Source of the DNA: Candidatus Latescibacterota bacterium
GTDB taxonomy: Bacteria > Latescibacterota > UBA2968
Direction: 5' to 3'
Length of the DNA: 64,000 nucleotides
Assembly (NCBI GenBank): GCA_965198115.1
Contig: OZ240241.1
Span: forward strand, 192,001-256,000
Position numbers and translations under genes: made by a program. The stretch's first letter is position 1; each line of letters opens with the position of its first letter. Positions 1 through 9,784 of this stretch are shown here, piece by piece. The notes beneath the pieces are model-generated. The model did not search any database and was not told the DNA's origin. It saw only the letters and a program-made list of their open reading frames with translations.

Positions 1-236
1 TCTTCGATGGGGAGGTCGTCATCGTCTTGCTGGTCTTCGATCAGACTGAGCGCCCGTGTGCGGGCAAGCTTCTGCGCTAATTCCTGCATCTGCTTCCGAT
101 CGTGGACGTGCTGGCGGATGACTTTGCCGCAGACTTCGACGAATCGGTCGAGGTCTGCCCGAATCTCTTCTTCCGACAGCCCGAGGAGATAGGATTCCTC
201 GATGAGCTGGTCGATCGTTTCGCTGGCTTCTGGCAT
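1..236 (-). CDS. Hypothetical protein, runs off the left edge
   Basis: ATG at 236 just downstream of the nnr stop; open to the window edge (MPEASETIDQLIEESYLLGLSEEEIRADLDRFVEVCGKVIRQ...); host-like codons. Read manually, not in the ORF track. Confidence 0.6.
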   Translation of the reverse strand, partial: MPEASETIDQLIEESYLLGLSEEEIRADLDRFVEVCGKVIRQHVHDRKQMQELAQKLARTRALSLIEDQQDDDDLPIE

Positions 237-248
237 GTTCGTCTCGAG

Positions 249-1835
249 TCAGTGCAGCGCGTCGAGGAAATTCGACGGTGGCCGAACCGACTGTACGTAG
301 CGATTCAATCCTGCTGTGATTTCTGCGTCCGCGGCGGGCAAAGCATCGACGATATCGCCGGCGATCAACCCTCGTTGCCCGGTGCGCGTTGCCGAAACAT
401 CACCCGACAGCCCGTGCAGGTAGACGGCCAGGCAAGCCGCGCGGTCGGCGTCGCATCCCTGGGCGATCAGGCCCGCGATCGTGCCGGTCAAGACATCGCC
501 GGATCCGCCCGTGGCCATGCCGGCGTTGCCACTGGGGTTAATATACATCCATCCGTCGCCAGAGGCGATGACGGATGGGGCACCCTTGAGAACGACGGTC
601 GCCCCTGTCGCGTCGGCCAGCGACCTCGCGTCAGCCACGGGATCGTCCACCGAGCGTCCCATCAGCCGGGCGAATTCGCCGGGATGGGGCGTCAGGACAC
701 GTGGGTAGTCCGACGCGAGCTGTTCGGGTCGACCCGTGTGCGCGTTCAGCGCGTCTGCGTCGACGACGGCCGGCATCTTTGCCGTCGCGAGCGTGCGACG
801 GCAAAGATCGACCGTTTCGTGGTGCGTTCCGAGGCCGGGACCGATGGCCAAGACGTCGGCTTTGGCAAGCAGGCGGTCGATCTCGCCCGTCGCCCGACGT
901 GCCAGGCACCGTGCTTTTCGCAACTCCGGCAGGGGGTGCGTCATCGACTCGGTCGAGTGGGCCTCGATCAGATCGAGTGTCGAACTTGGGGCGCCCACCG
1001 TAACCAAACCCGCGCCGACTCGAAGCGAGGCCCGAGCGGCCAGCGCTGCCGCACCCGTCGTGCCTGCAGCCCCAGCGATGAGGATGACGCGGCCGGCATC
1101 GCCTTTGTGTGCGCGAGGGTCTCTGTCCGGCAGCGCGGCTCCCAGCGCGTGATTCAAGAAGATCGGAGGCTGTGCCTCGATCGCCCCGGGCGAAAGACCG
1201 ATGTCGACGAGATGGAGCCGACCGCACGCCGCCCTGCCGGGGTAGAGAAAATGTCCGAATTTGGGCTGGCCGAACGTGATCGTATCGCCGGCGGCTGCGA
1301 CGCACCCGGCGCCCGTGTCGGCGTCCATTCCCGAGGGGACATCGATGGCAAAGATCGGTGGAGCGACCTCACGGAGGCACTCGATGACGTGGGCGACCGG
1401 GCCTTTCGGGGGCCCATTCAGGCCGGTTCCGAGCAGTGCATCGACAACGGCATCGGCTCCAGCGAGTTCGGCCTTCAAATCGCCCGGGACGGCGTCGTGA
1501 AACGTGACGTCCACGCCTTCACGCTCGGCACGGTCGAGGTGCGTTCGGGCATCACCGGCGACACGCTCTCGATCGGCGAACAACAGACACCGCACGTTCG
1601 AACCGAATCGACGGGCGAGACGTGAAATGACGAACCCGTCGCCGCCGTTGTTTCCCTTTCCGCAGAGGGCGATGATACGTCGCCCCCCGAATCCGCCGAG
1701 CGCGTCCCGGATGACTGTGGCCGCGCCGGCTCCAGCCCTTGCCATAAGAAGATGGCCGGGAGTACCTGCCTGGATGGTCTCGGCGTCGATCCCGGCCATC
1801 TGCTGGCCGGTGACGAGCCGAAGATGCTGGGTCAT
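249..1835 (-). CDS. nnr: Bifunctional NAD(P)H-hydrate epimerase/dehydratase (NnrE-NnrD, YjeF)
   Basis: YjeF-N motifs CGKGNNGGDG, DALLGTG, IDVPSG; ribokinase-like C-terminus HKGDAG, VVDADAL, TPHPGEF, MATGGSGDVL; follows acpS. Confidence 0.95.
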   Translation of the reverse strand: MTQHLRLVTGQQMAGIDAETIQAGTPGHLLMARAGAGAATVIRDALGGFGGRRIIALCGKGNNGGDGFVISRLARRFGSNVRCLLFADRERVAGDARTHLDRAEREGVDVTFHDAVPGDLKAELAGADAVVDALLGTGLNGPPKGPVAHVIECLREVAPPIFAIDVPSGMDADTGAGCVAAAGDTITFGQPKFGHFLYPGRAACGRLHLVDIGLSPGAIEAQPPIFLNHALGAALPDRDPRAHKGDAGRVILIAGAAGTTGAAALAARASLRVGAGLVTVGAPSSTLDLIEAHSTESMTHPLPELRKARCLARRATGEIDRLLAKADVLAIGPGLGTHHETVDLCRRTLATAKMPAVVDADALNAHTGRPEQLASDYPRVLTPHPGEFARLMGRSVDDPVADARSLADATGATVVLKGAPSVIASGDGWMYINPSGNAGMATGGSGDVLTGTIAGLIAQGCDADRAACLAVYLHGLSGDVSATRTGQRGLIAGDIVDALPAADAEITAGLNRYVQSVRPPSNFLDALH

Positions 1836-2212
1836 GAAGACGTGGCGCTCTCGGCGACGACCACCGCGATGGCTTGTGTGTCGGTGTGGGTCAGGCTGAC
1901 GAGGAAACGCCGGTCTCCGGCTAGTTCACCCGAGCGCCCGTGCAACGTCATTTGGGGTGCGGCCCCCGGGGCGCGGGTCACCTCGAGGTCGACCCACCGG
2001 ACACCCTTCTTCCACCCGGTACCGAGCGCTTTCATGGCTGCCTCTTTTGCGGCGAATCGGGCAGCCAGAGATCGATGGTTTTCGCCCTTGCGAAAGCAGT
2101 AGGCCTGCTCTTTGGGGGTATAGACTCGGTTCAGAAACCGATCGCCCCACCGGGCGACAGCGGCCTCGATTCGCGCGACGTCGACGAGGTCGATACCGAT
2201 CGAATGGATCAC
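1832..2212 (-). CDS. acpS: Holo-[acyl-carrier-protein] synthase
   Basis: GIDLVDVARI, LAARFAAKEAAMKALGTG, VSLTH motifs; 126 aa. Confidence 0.96.
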   Translation of the reverse strand: MIHSIGIDLVDVARIEAAVARWGDRFLNRVYTPKEQAYCFRKGENHRSLAARFAAKEAAMKALGTGWKKGVRWVDLEVTRAPGAAPQMTLHGRSGELAGDRRFLVSLTHTDTQAIAVVVAESATSS

Positions 2213-2311
2213 GGGACAGGCTTATCTCGACCCGATTGGGAAACCGTCGAAATAATACAGGAAGGGCCGGTGCCAGGCAACAACTTTGCCTTTCAACAGG
2301 GCGTTTTAAGG

Positions 2312-2806
2312 CTATTGGGTGAGGGTATCTACCGTTCCGTCGGGGTGACGGATCTCGAGCAGGTCTTCCTCGAAAACCATGGTCAATCCTTCTCCGTCCG
2401 ACCACGTCCACTTTTCGCCCTCTTCTGTGATCGTACCGGACGTCGATCTGTACTCTGTACTCACTCCCTCGGTGTAGTGCTGCGACAGGCCACCATTGAT
2501 TTTCATGTAGGTTAGCCTATCGTAGGAATCGGTGCCGTGGATGGCAATGTGGTCACCCTGAACCTGAACCGATTCAGGATCGTACGTTGTGAGAAAACTG
2601 AGGTGTGCGTGCGACGGGTCGGTCGGGAACCATTCCATTCGCCCACTGATCTGTGGAGGTCTGATCTCCCGGCCGTCGGGTAGCACGCGTGATTCCAGAA
2701 CCCAGATTTCTTTGAACGGGTCTTGCCATTCATCATCAGCCGTGCAACCGAAAGTCCCAGCGAGAAGAGGACAGAGAACGAGGGCAAAACGCCAGAAGAT
2801 CCGCAT
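2312..2806 (-). CDS. Hypothetical exported protein/lipoprotein
   Basis: Basic then hydrophobic N-terminus ending TFGC (lipobox-like); acidic, beta-rich body. Confidence 0.6.
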   Translation of the reverse strand: MRIFWRFALVLCPLLAGTFGCTADDEWQDPFKEIWVLESRVLPDGREIRPPQISGRMEWFPTDPSHAHLSFLTTYDPESVQVQGDHIAIHGTDSYDRLTYMKINGGLSQHYTEGVSTEYRSTSGTITEEGEKWTWSDGEGLTMVFEEDLLEIRHPDGTVDTLTQ

Positions 2807-3066
2807 GGAGGCCTCAGATTTTCAGTTCGGGTCAAGTCAAATCGCCGCGAAATAAATGCCGGCCGTTGTCTTGTGTCAACTCGAATCCGGGATCGGTAGC
2901 TGCGGTAGCGCCCATCGAACGAGGGTCGTGTTATTGAAGCCCTCGCTCATCCGGGGCTGCTAAGCCGGTTTGCGGACATAGCGCTTGCTGCCCGAGACGG
3001 GAAAGAGGATATTTCGACGTCGTCCGGGAAGATCGTACCGTCGACATTTCAGTTTTTGGTTTGACA

Positions 3067-3154
3067 GGTGGGGTGTCCGAGTGGTTTAAGGAGCTGGTCT
3101 TGAAAACCAGTGACCTTCACGGGTCCGTGGGTTCGAATCCCACCCCCACCGCCA
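3067..3154 (+). tRNA. tRNA-Ser (anticodon TGA)
   Basis: Acceptor GGTGGGG/CCCCACC, anticodon arm CTGGT-CT TGA AA-ACCAG, long variable arm, GTTCGAATC T-loop, encoded CCA. Confidence 0.96.
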
Positions 3155-3245
3155 AGCCGACCCTTCGAAACCCTCCCAAGCTTGCGATAGTCCCTTGTTT
3201 TAGTTAATCTTGAAGTCTGAATTTTCCGATGTTAGATAAACTCAA

Positions 3246-3337
3246 GGAGAGGTGCTGGAGTGGTTGAACAGGGCGGCCTGCTAAGCCGTTGCAGGGGTAC
3301 TCCCTTGCCGAGGGTTCGAATCCCTCCCTCTCCGCCA
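3246..3337 (+). tRNA. tRNA-Ser (anticodon GCT)
   Basis: Acceptor GGAGAGG/CCTCTCC, anticodon arm GCGGC-CT GCT AA-GCCGT, long variable arm, T-loop, CCA. Confidence 0.96.
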
Positions 3338-3347
3338 AAAATCTCGT

Positions 3348-3477
3348 GGGTCGTGGGCGGTTTGCGGTCGGTGGTAGCTGATTTCCGCCCATCCTGATGT
3401 GCCACCGAGCAGGGCCACATCCTGAATGACAAGGTCGGGCGGTGCCCACGACCGCCCACCGCTCACCACCGACGACC
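3348..3477. repeat. Inverted pair of degenerate 7-mer tandem arrays
   Basis: G-rich array at 3348-3378 (ggtcgtg ggcggtt tgcggtc ggtggta) and complementary C-rich array at 3445-3477 (cccacgaccgcccaccgctcaccaccgacgacc), ending 2 nt before the gltX ATG. Confidence 0.65.
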
Positions 3478-3479
3478 TC

Positions 3480-4913
3480 ATGTCCACGGAAGTTCTCCGA
3501 TTCGCCCCCTCGCCGACCGGCGGATTCCACGTCGGCAACGCACGAACGGCCATCTTCAATCATCTCTACGCGAAGCACTACGGAGCATCCCTTCGACTTC
3601 GTGTTGAAGATACGGATCGCGATCGATCGACGGACGCATCGCTGGAGACCATCGAGCAGGGGCTTGCGTGGCTCGGTGTCGATTTCGATGGCGAGCCCGT
3701 CTATCAGTCCAGGAACGAGACCGCCCATCGGCTTGCGGTCGAACAGTTGCTTGCCTCTGGCGTGGCGTACCGATGCTACGCCGAGGCGGACGAGTTAGAG
3801 GCGATTCGGAAGCAGGCGCAGAAGGACAAGCGCGGTGCCAGGTTCCCCGTCGCTGCGCCTGAAGAAATCGAGGCGCTCGAGGCGGCCGGTCGTTCTCCCG
3901 TCATCTATTTTCGCATCCCCAGTGGCGAAACTACGTGGGACGACGTGATCCGGGGCGAGAGTCGATGGGAGAACGAGGTGATCGGCGACTTTGTCATCCA
4001 GCGCTCGGATGGCACGCCGACCTACAATCTGGCTGTTGCGGTCGACGACCACGACATGGGTGTCACGCTCGTGCTTCGAGGCGCCGATCACATCTCCAAC
4101 ACCCCCAAACAGATCATGTTGTGCGAAGGGCTCGCGTGGACCGTCCCTCGATATGGCCATTCGACGTTGATTCTCGGTTCGGACGGGAGCAAGCTGGGTA
4201 AACGTCACGGCGCCACGACCGTGACGGAGTATCGCGAGCAGGGACTTCTGGCAGCGGCCCTCTACAATTTTCTGGCTTTGCTGGGATGGGCACCGGGTGA
4301 CGGCAGGGAGGTCTTTACGGCGACCGAACTGGCGGATGCGTTCACGGTCGAAGGCCTGCTCAAGAAGGACGCGATCTTCGACGAAACAAAGCTTCTGTGG
4401 TTGAACGGCGAGCACGTAAGAGCTATGACGGGTGACGCCCTCCTGCCGCTGGCTGTGCGCGAGTGGGTCGACGCCGGTTTCCTGTCGGAGCCGGAGGTCG
4501 ATGCGCGTCGATCCGAGCTCCTCAGGATCGTTGCCATGATGCAGCCGCGCGTTGAACGTCTTTCGGATTTTAGACACGCGCACTACTTTTTCGCCGAGCC
4601 CGAAGGATACGATGAGAAGGCGCTCAAGAAGCACTGGAAGACCGACACACCCGATCGTCTGACACGATTCTCCGAACGTCTGCGCGCGCTCGGCGCGTTC
4701 GACGAGGGCGCTGTCGAGGGCGCAACACGGACCCTCGCCGGCGAGTTGGGGCTCTCGGCCTCGAAGCTGATCCACCCGACGCGTCTGGCCCTGTGCGGGG
4801 TGAGTTTCGGGCCTGGACTTTTCGAACTGATGGAGGTCATGGGCAAAGAAACGTGCCTGCGCCGGATGGACTGGGCGCTGGCCGTGCTCGCCCCAGAGCA
4901 ACGCGTGTCCTGA
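3480..4913 (+). CDS. gltX: Glutamate--tRNA ligase
   Basis: RFAPSPTG, HIGH-like HVGN, LRVEDTD, VLRGADHISNT, KMSKS-like KLGKR; start placed at MSTEVLRF. Confidence 0.96.
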   Translation: MSTEVLRFAPSPTGGFHVGNARTAIFNHLYAKHYGASLRLRVEDTDRDRSTDASLETIEQGLAWLGVDFDGEPVYQSRNETAHRLAVEQLLASGVAYRCYAEADELEAIRKQAQKDKRGARFPVAAPEEIEALEAAGRSPVIYFRIPSGETTWDDVIRGESRWENEVIGDFVIQRSDGTPTYNLAVAVDDHDMGVTLVLRGADHISNTPKQIMLCEGLAWTVPRYGHSTLILGSDGSKLGKRHGATTVTEYREQGLLAAALYNFLALLGWAPGDGREVFTATELADAFTVEGLLKKDAIFDETKLLWLNGEHVRAMTGDALLPLAVREWVDAGFLSEPEVDARRSELLRIVAMMQPRVERLSDFRHAHYFFAEPEGYDEKALKKHWKTDTPDRLTRFSERLRALGAFDEGAVEGATRTLAGELGLSASKLIHPTRLALCGVSFGPGLFELMEVMGKETCLRRMDWALAVLAPEQRVS

Positions 4914-4921
4914 ATCTGCGC

Positions 4922-4995
4922 TGCCCCCTCGTCTAATGGCAAGACGCCTGACTCTGGATCAGGTAATCGGGGTTCGAATCCCTGGGGGGCAGCCA
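4922..4995 (+). tRNA. tRNA-Gln (anticodon CTG)
   Basis: Acceptor TGCCCCC/GGGGGCA, anticodon arm CCTGA-CT CTG GA-TCAGG, T-loop, CCA. Confidence 0.96.
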
Positions 4996-5050
4996 TTTTT
5001 ATGCCCACGCAAGAGCGTTCGGTAGCACACGTGATACATAGGTGGACGAT

Positions 5051-6751
5051 ATGGCAGAAGAAAAACGGACCGAAGACAAGAACGAGGGTCGGAACACACT
5101 CGGCTTCATTCGCGAGGAAGTTGAAGCGGATACGGCGAGCGGCCGATTCGACGGCAAGGTAATGACGCGTTTTCCGCCGGAACCGAACGGCTACCTCCAC
5201 ATCGGTCACGCGATGGCCTTCGCACTGGACTTTCGTGTGGCCGAAGAATTCGGGGGGGTTTGCAATCTGCGCTTCGACGATACCAACCCCGCCCGCGAAG
5301 AGACCGAGTATGTCGATGCGATCCTGGAGGACATCAGGTGGTTGGGATTCGACTGGGGGGACCGTCTCTACTTCGCGTCGGACTATTTCTCGACACTTTA
5401 CGAGTATGCCGTCCGGCTGATCGAGAAGGGCAAGGCGTATGTGTGCGATCTCTCGCCCGATGAGATGCGCGAATATCGTGGGACGTTGACCGAGCCGGGC
5501 AAGGATAGCCCCTACCGGGAACGAAGCGTCGAGGAGAATCTGGATCTGTTCGAACAGATGGTGGCCGGCGCATTCGAGGAGGGGGAAAAGACGCTTCGTG
5601 CGAAGATCGACATGGCTTCGCCCAACATGAACTTGAGGGATCCAGTGATGTATCGGATCCTGAAAACACCGCATCACCGAACCGGCACACGATGGAAGAT
5701 CTACCCGATGTACGACTTCGCACACGGTCAGTCGGATTCGATCGAAGGGGTGACGCACTCGCTGTGTTCTCACGAGTACGTCGATCACCGACCGCTCTAC
5801 GACTGGTATATTGAGGAACTGGAGATCTTTCCGTCCCGTCAGATCGAATTTGCCCGAATCAATGTCACACACTGTGTGACGAGCAAACGAAAGCTGTTGC
5901 CGCTGATCGAGCAGAGCGTCGTGAGTGGATGGGACGATCCTCGGATGAACACGCTACGGGGCATGCGGCGACGGGGTTACACGCCGGAGGCCATTCGCGC
6001 CTTCATCGATCGAATCGGCGTGACGCGTAGGCAGACCACGGCCGAGATCGAGTTACTCGAGGCGATGCTCAGGGAGGACCTCAACAGGAGAGCGCCGCGT
6101 CGATTGGGTGTGATGCGCCCGCTCAAGGTGATCATCGAGAATTATCCAGAGGGTGAAGAAGAGACGTTCGATGCGGTCAACAATCCCGAGGACGAGGGCG
6201 CCGGGACACGACCGATTCCGTTTTCGCGTGAGATCTACATCGAGCGCGACGACTTTATGGAGGATCCGCCGCGCAGGTTCCAGCGGCTGGCCCCAGGTCG
6301 CGAAGTTCGGCTGCGTTACGCCTGCTACGTGACGTGTAAGAATGTCGTGAAGGATGAGCAGGGAGAAGTCGTGGAGCTACGGTGCACGTTCGATCCCGAA
6401 AGCCGAGGTGGAAGCACGCCGGATGGCAGAAAGGTGCGAGGGACGATTCACTGGGTGTCTGTCCAACACGCCCTCACGGTCGAAGCACGGCTCTACGACC
6501 GCCTGTTCACGGTTCCCGATCCGGAGGATCACGAAGAGGACTTCGCCGAGGTGCTGAATCCGGATTCGCTGGAGGTGATTCCTGAAGCCTACGTAGAGCC
6601 GAGTCTGGCGAGGGCAGAGTCAGGGTTTCAGTTTCAGTTCGAACGACTGGGGTACTTTTGCGTGGATCAGGATTCAACGGACGATCGGCTGGTGATCAAC
6701 CGCACGATCAGCCTTCGTGATTCGTGGGCGAAGATCGCAGCGAAGAAGTAG
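5051..6751 (+). CDS. glnS: Glutamine--tRNA ligase
   Basis: [55 protein letters not shown]. Confidence 0.97.
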   Translation: MAEEKRTEDKNEGRNTLGFIREEVEADTASGRFDGKVMTRFPPEPNGYLHIGHAMAFALDFRVAEEFGGVCNLRFDDTNPAREETEYVDAILEDIRWLGFDWGDRLYFASDYFSTLYEYAVRLIEKGKAYVCDLSPDEMREYRGTLTEPGKDSPYRERSVEENLDLFEQMVAGAFEEGEKTLRAKIDMASPNMNLRDPVMYRILKTPHHRTGTRWKIYPMYDFAHGQSDSIEGVTHSLCSHEYVDHRPLYDWYIEELEIFPSRQIEFARINVTHCVTSKRKLLPLIEQSVVSGWDDPRMNTLRGMRRRGYTPEAIRAFIDRIGVTRRQTTAEIELLEAMLREDLNRRAPRRLGVMRPLKVIIENYPEGEEETFDAVNNPEDEGAGTRPIPFSREIYIERDDFMEDPPRRFQRLAPGREVRLRYACYVTCKNVVKDEQGEVVELRCTFDPESRGGSTPDGRKVRGTIHWVSVQHALTVEARLYDRLFTVPDPEDHEEDFAEVLNPDSLEVIPEAYVEPSLARAESGFQFQFERLGYFCVDQDSTDDRLVINRTISLRDSWAKIAAKK

Positions 6752-6816
6752 GCGTAACTGCCCGTTGCTGAAAAATGGAGATGCGGCCCCGTCGCGTGGT
6801 GGTGATGGGCCGCTTG

Positions 6817-7956
6817 CTAGTTGGGAAGACCTGCTTCGAGGAGGGCTGAACGCAACTGGGGCTCCGTTCGATACCCCACGAGGTGTTTGCGGACGGTACC
6901 CTCCGGGCCGAGAATCAGCGTCGTGGGAATGCCAGTGATGCCGTAACTGCGACTCACGGTGTAGTTCTGATCGATCAACGTTGTGAACGTGTAAGCGTTT
7001 TCGTTCAGAAACTGCTGCGCGACGACCGGCGCATCGGTGCTGATGGTGAGGACCACCAGGTCGGTGCGCTCTTGCGACAGCTTTTGAATGTGCGGGAGAG
7101 CTTTACGACACGGCGCGCACCAGGTCGCCCAGAAGTCGATCAGTACGTGCTTGCCGCGCAGTGACGCCAGCGAAACCGTCCAACCTTCGAGCGAGGGGAG
7201 TGAGAACAGGGGCGCCTCGCGTCCCTCGAGTCCTGAGCGCGACGGGGCACGCTCGCGCGCCGTGAGTTCGGCCGCACGTATCGTGAGATCGCCTTCTTTC
7301 TGGACGTATACGAAGTCGTTCGGATTGGCCGGACTCCCGAAACGGATGTTTTCGATCGTCAACAGTGCACGGGGTTCCCCGTCGGGCCCGAAGACTCGCA
7401 TCTGACGGAGAAACAGGTCCGATCTTCCCAGATCGAATTCCGCACCACCCTCGCCCGGATCGGCGCTGCGGAGTTCGACCAGGAGCGAGGGAGCTTCGCC
7501 GGTGACCGAGGCTACGCGAAGTCGATCACCAGCCAGTTCGATGAACGTCTGCGTGCCGATACCGCCGAGCGCTAACAGAGGGTCTACGGCCGCCTCCCGG
7601 TCTTGAGCTGTGGCGAGGTCGTATTCGACAACCCGGCGGCGCACGGAGTCGTCGGTTTCAACGATATGCCAAAGGTGCTGTCCGTCTGTCTGTAGGACGG
7701 TTTCAATTCGGCCGTTCGGTGTGTCGATGTTGAGGTCCACCTTGGCTCCGGGGGCCTGGTAGACGCCGCGGCCCTGACCCACGAGTGGACCGTCGGTCCC
7801 GATCGTACGGTGCGTGAAGTCGAATCGTACAGTCCGTTGCTTCGCCGCTTCGACGATCTGGTCCATCAGCGCATCGATCTGCTCGGCGCAGAGCGTGACC
7901 TGACCACTCAGAAGACTGACGACGAGGAGCGTCGCGGTGTAAAGGCGTGTGTTCAC
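6817..7956 (-). CDS. Exported LolA-like domain fused to a TlpA-family thiol:disulfide oxidoreductase
   Basis: Signal peptide; LolA-like motifs LQTDGQHLWH and IENIRFG..NPNDFVY; C-terminal DFWATWCAPC and YGITGIPT. Confidence 0.8.
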   Translation of the reverse strand: MNTRLYTATLLVVSLLSGQVTLCAEQIDALMDQIVEAAKQRTVRFDFTHRTIGTDGPLVGQGRGVYQAPGAKVDLNIDTPNGRIETVLQTDGQHLWHIVETDDSVRRRVVEYDLATAQDREAAVDPLLALGGIGTQTFIELAGDRLRVASVTGEAPSLLVELRSADPGEGGAEFDLGRSDLFLRQMRVFGPDGEPRALLTIENIRFGSPANPNDFVYVQKEGDLTIRAAELTARERAPSRSGLEGREAPLFSLPSLEGWTVSLASLRGKHVLIDFWATWCAPCRKALPHIQKLSQERTDLVVLTISTDAPVVAQQFLNENAYTFTTLIDQNYTVSRSYGITGIPTTLILGPEGTVRKHLVGYRTEPQLRSALLEAGLPN

Positions 7957-8106
7957 GGGATTCCTGTGGCCTGTTGCCTACCCGTAGAGACCGGGGTTCG
8001 GTGTAACCTACGTGATTCATTGAATATACGTTTGTGAAGGGTTGGGTCACCGGCTATTTTACGCGCGATCTTGCCAAACGTGAACACAGAGGACGGAGGA
8101 ACGCAC

Positions 8107-9699
8107 GTGGAACCTCACGGAAACAATCTGATCGGTTACGGTTCGTCGGGGGAGGGAACGACGATGTTCAAGTCGTACGCACCGGCAACTGGTACGGAGA
8201 TGGACCCTCTATTTCGCGGTGCGACGGCGGCTGAGGTCGATCGTGCTGTGGCACTGGCCGCTGAGGCTTTTCCCGCATTCAGGAAGCTGTCGGGGGATAC
8301 GCGCGCAACCTTCCTGGAGACGATTGCCGACGAAATCGAGGCGATCGGTGATCCGCTGCTCGAACGGTGTGACGCAGAGACGGGTCTGGGTATCCCACGT
8401 CTGACGGGTGAGCGGGGGCGTACGACCGGCCAGCTGAGGCTCTTTGCCTCGCTGATTCGCGAGGGCTCCTGGGTCGACGCACGAATCGATCACGCCATCA
8501 CCGACCGGGAGCCGCTTCCGAAGCCCGACGCACGACTGATGTTGATGCCGGTCGGTCCGGTCGTCGTCTTCGGCGCCAGTAATTTTCCGTTGGCGTTCTC
8601 GACGGCCGGTGGCGATACCGCATCGGCCCTGGCGGCAGGATGTCCGGTGATCGTGAAGGCACACCGCTCCCACGCCGGGACGGGCGAGCTCGTGGGCCAG
8701 GCGATTCAGCGCGCGGCCCAGACGTGCGGCATGCCGAACGGTGTGTTTTCGCTGATTCACGGGGCGGGCGCGCAGGTCGGATCCGCCCTGGTTGAACAGC
8801 CCCAGATCAGGGCCGTGGGGTTCACGGGTTCTCTGTCCGGTGGCCGGGCCCTGTTCGATCTTGCCTCGCGACGCCCCGAGCCGATTCCAGTTTACGCGGA
8901 GATGGGCAGTCTGAACCCTGTCTTTGTGCTGCCGGGTGCGCTGTCTGAACGTGGAAGTGAATTTGCCGAGGGGCTGCGTGGGTCGGTCACATTGGGTGTT
9001 GGACAGTTCTGCACGAATCCAGGGCTGGTGCTGGGGATCGAGGACGAAGCCATGGACGGGTTCATCGAGACTGCGGAGACGTTGTTCGAGGAGGCATCGC
9101 CGGCGACGATGCTCAACCCGGGGATTCGCGATGCTTTCGAGAATGGATTGGCGACGATGGAAGGGGCAGCGAACGTTTCGCTGATTGCCCGATCGGATCA
9201 GTCTCCCGATGCCACGAAGACGGAGGCCAGCCCACACGTCTGGGTGACAGACGTGACATCCTTCCTCGACAACCCGGACCTGAGTCACGAAGTGTTCGGT
9301 CCGTCCAGTTTGGTTGTGAAGTGCAAGACCAGAGAGGAGATGATCGATGTGGCGAATCGGCTGGAAGGTCACCTGACCGCGACGATTCACGGCACCAACA
9401 AGGATCTGACCGAACACGCCGATCTGGTCGAAGTCCTGGAGCGCAAGGTCGGGCGTGTCATTTTCAATGGATTCCCGACGGGTGTCGAGGTATGCCACTC
9501 GATGCACCACGGGGGACCCTACCCTGCGACGACGGATGGCCGGTCGACTTCCGTTGGGACGGCGGCCATATTCAGGTTCACGCGACTGGTTTGCTACCAG
9601 GGTTTTCCGAGCGCGGCGCTACCGGATGAGCTGAAAGACGGAAATCCCCTTGGCATCTGGCGCACGGTGGATGGGACGGTGACGAGGGATCCTTCGTAA
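8107..9699 (+). CDS. NADP-dependent aldehyde dehydrogenase (alpha-ketoglutaric semialdehyde dehydrogenase type)
   Basis: FGASNFPLAFSTAGGDTASALAAGCPV, GFTGS, AEMGSLNP, GQFCTNPG, HGGPYPAT; GGAGGA RBS before GTG 8107. Confidence 0.92.
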   Translation: MEPHGNNLIGYGSSGEGTTMFKSYAPATGTEMDPLFRGATAAEVDRAVALAAEAFPAFRKLSGDTRATFLETIADEIEAIGDPLLERCDAETGLGIPRLTGERGRTTGQLRLFASLIREGSWVDARIDHAITDREPLPKPDARLMLMPVGPVVVFGASNFPLAFSTAGGDTASALAAGCPVIVKAHRSHAGTGELVGQAIQRAAQTCGMPNGVFSLIHGAGAQVGSALVEQPQIRAVGFTGSLSGGRALFDLASRRPEPIPVYAEMGSLNPVFVLPGALSERGSEFAEGLRGSVTLGVGQFCTNPGLVLGIEDEAMDGFIETAETLFEEASPATMLNPGIRDAFENGLATMEGAANVSLIARSDQSPDATKTEASPHVWVTDVTSFLDNPDLSHEVFGPSSLVVKCKTREEMIDVANRLEGHLTATIHGTNKDLTEHADLVEVLERKVGRVIFNGFPTGVEVCHSMHHGGPYPATTDGRSTSVGTAAIFRFTRLVCYQGFPSAALPDELKDGNPLGIWRTVDGTVTRDPS

Positions 9700-9730
9700 G
9701 GAACTGGAGCAGGGAAACCGGGTAAAAATC

Positions 9731-9764
9731 AGGGCCACTCGATCGTGCGATCGGGTGGCCTTCT
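9731..9764. terminator. Hairpin between convergent genes (probable bidirectional terminator)
   Basis: agggccactcgatc-gtgc-gatcgggtggcctt stem-loop. Confidence 0.65.
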
Positions 9765-9784
9765 GCGTATGGGCTTCGCAGTTA

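Noticed and set aside
102-1625. Long antisense ORFs (also 3795-4901, 4583-5872, 8209-9510, 51834-53078 and others)
   Set aside because: Shadow frames of genuine GC-rich genes, with no recognisable motifs.
2957-2967. CTGCTAAGCCG matching the tRNA-Ser(GCT) anticodon arm (possible att remnant)
   Set aside because: Only 11 nt, no other tRNA parts and no integrase nearby.
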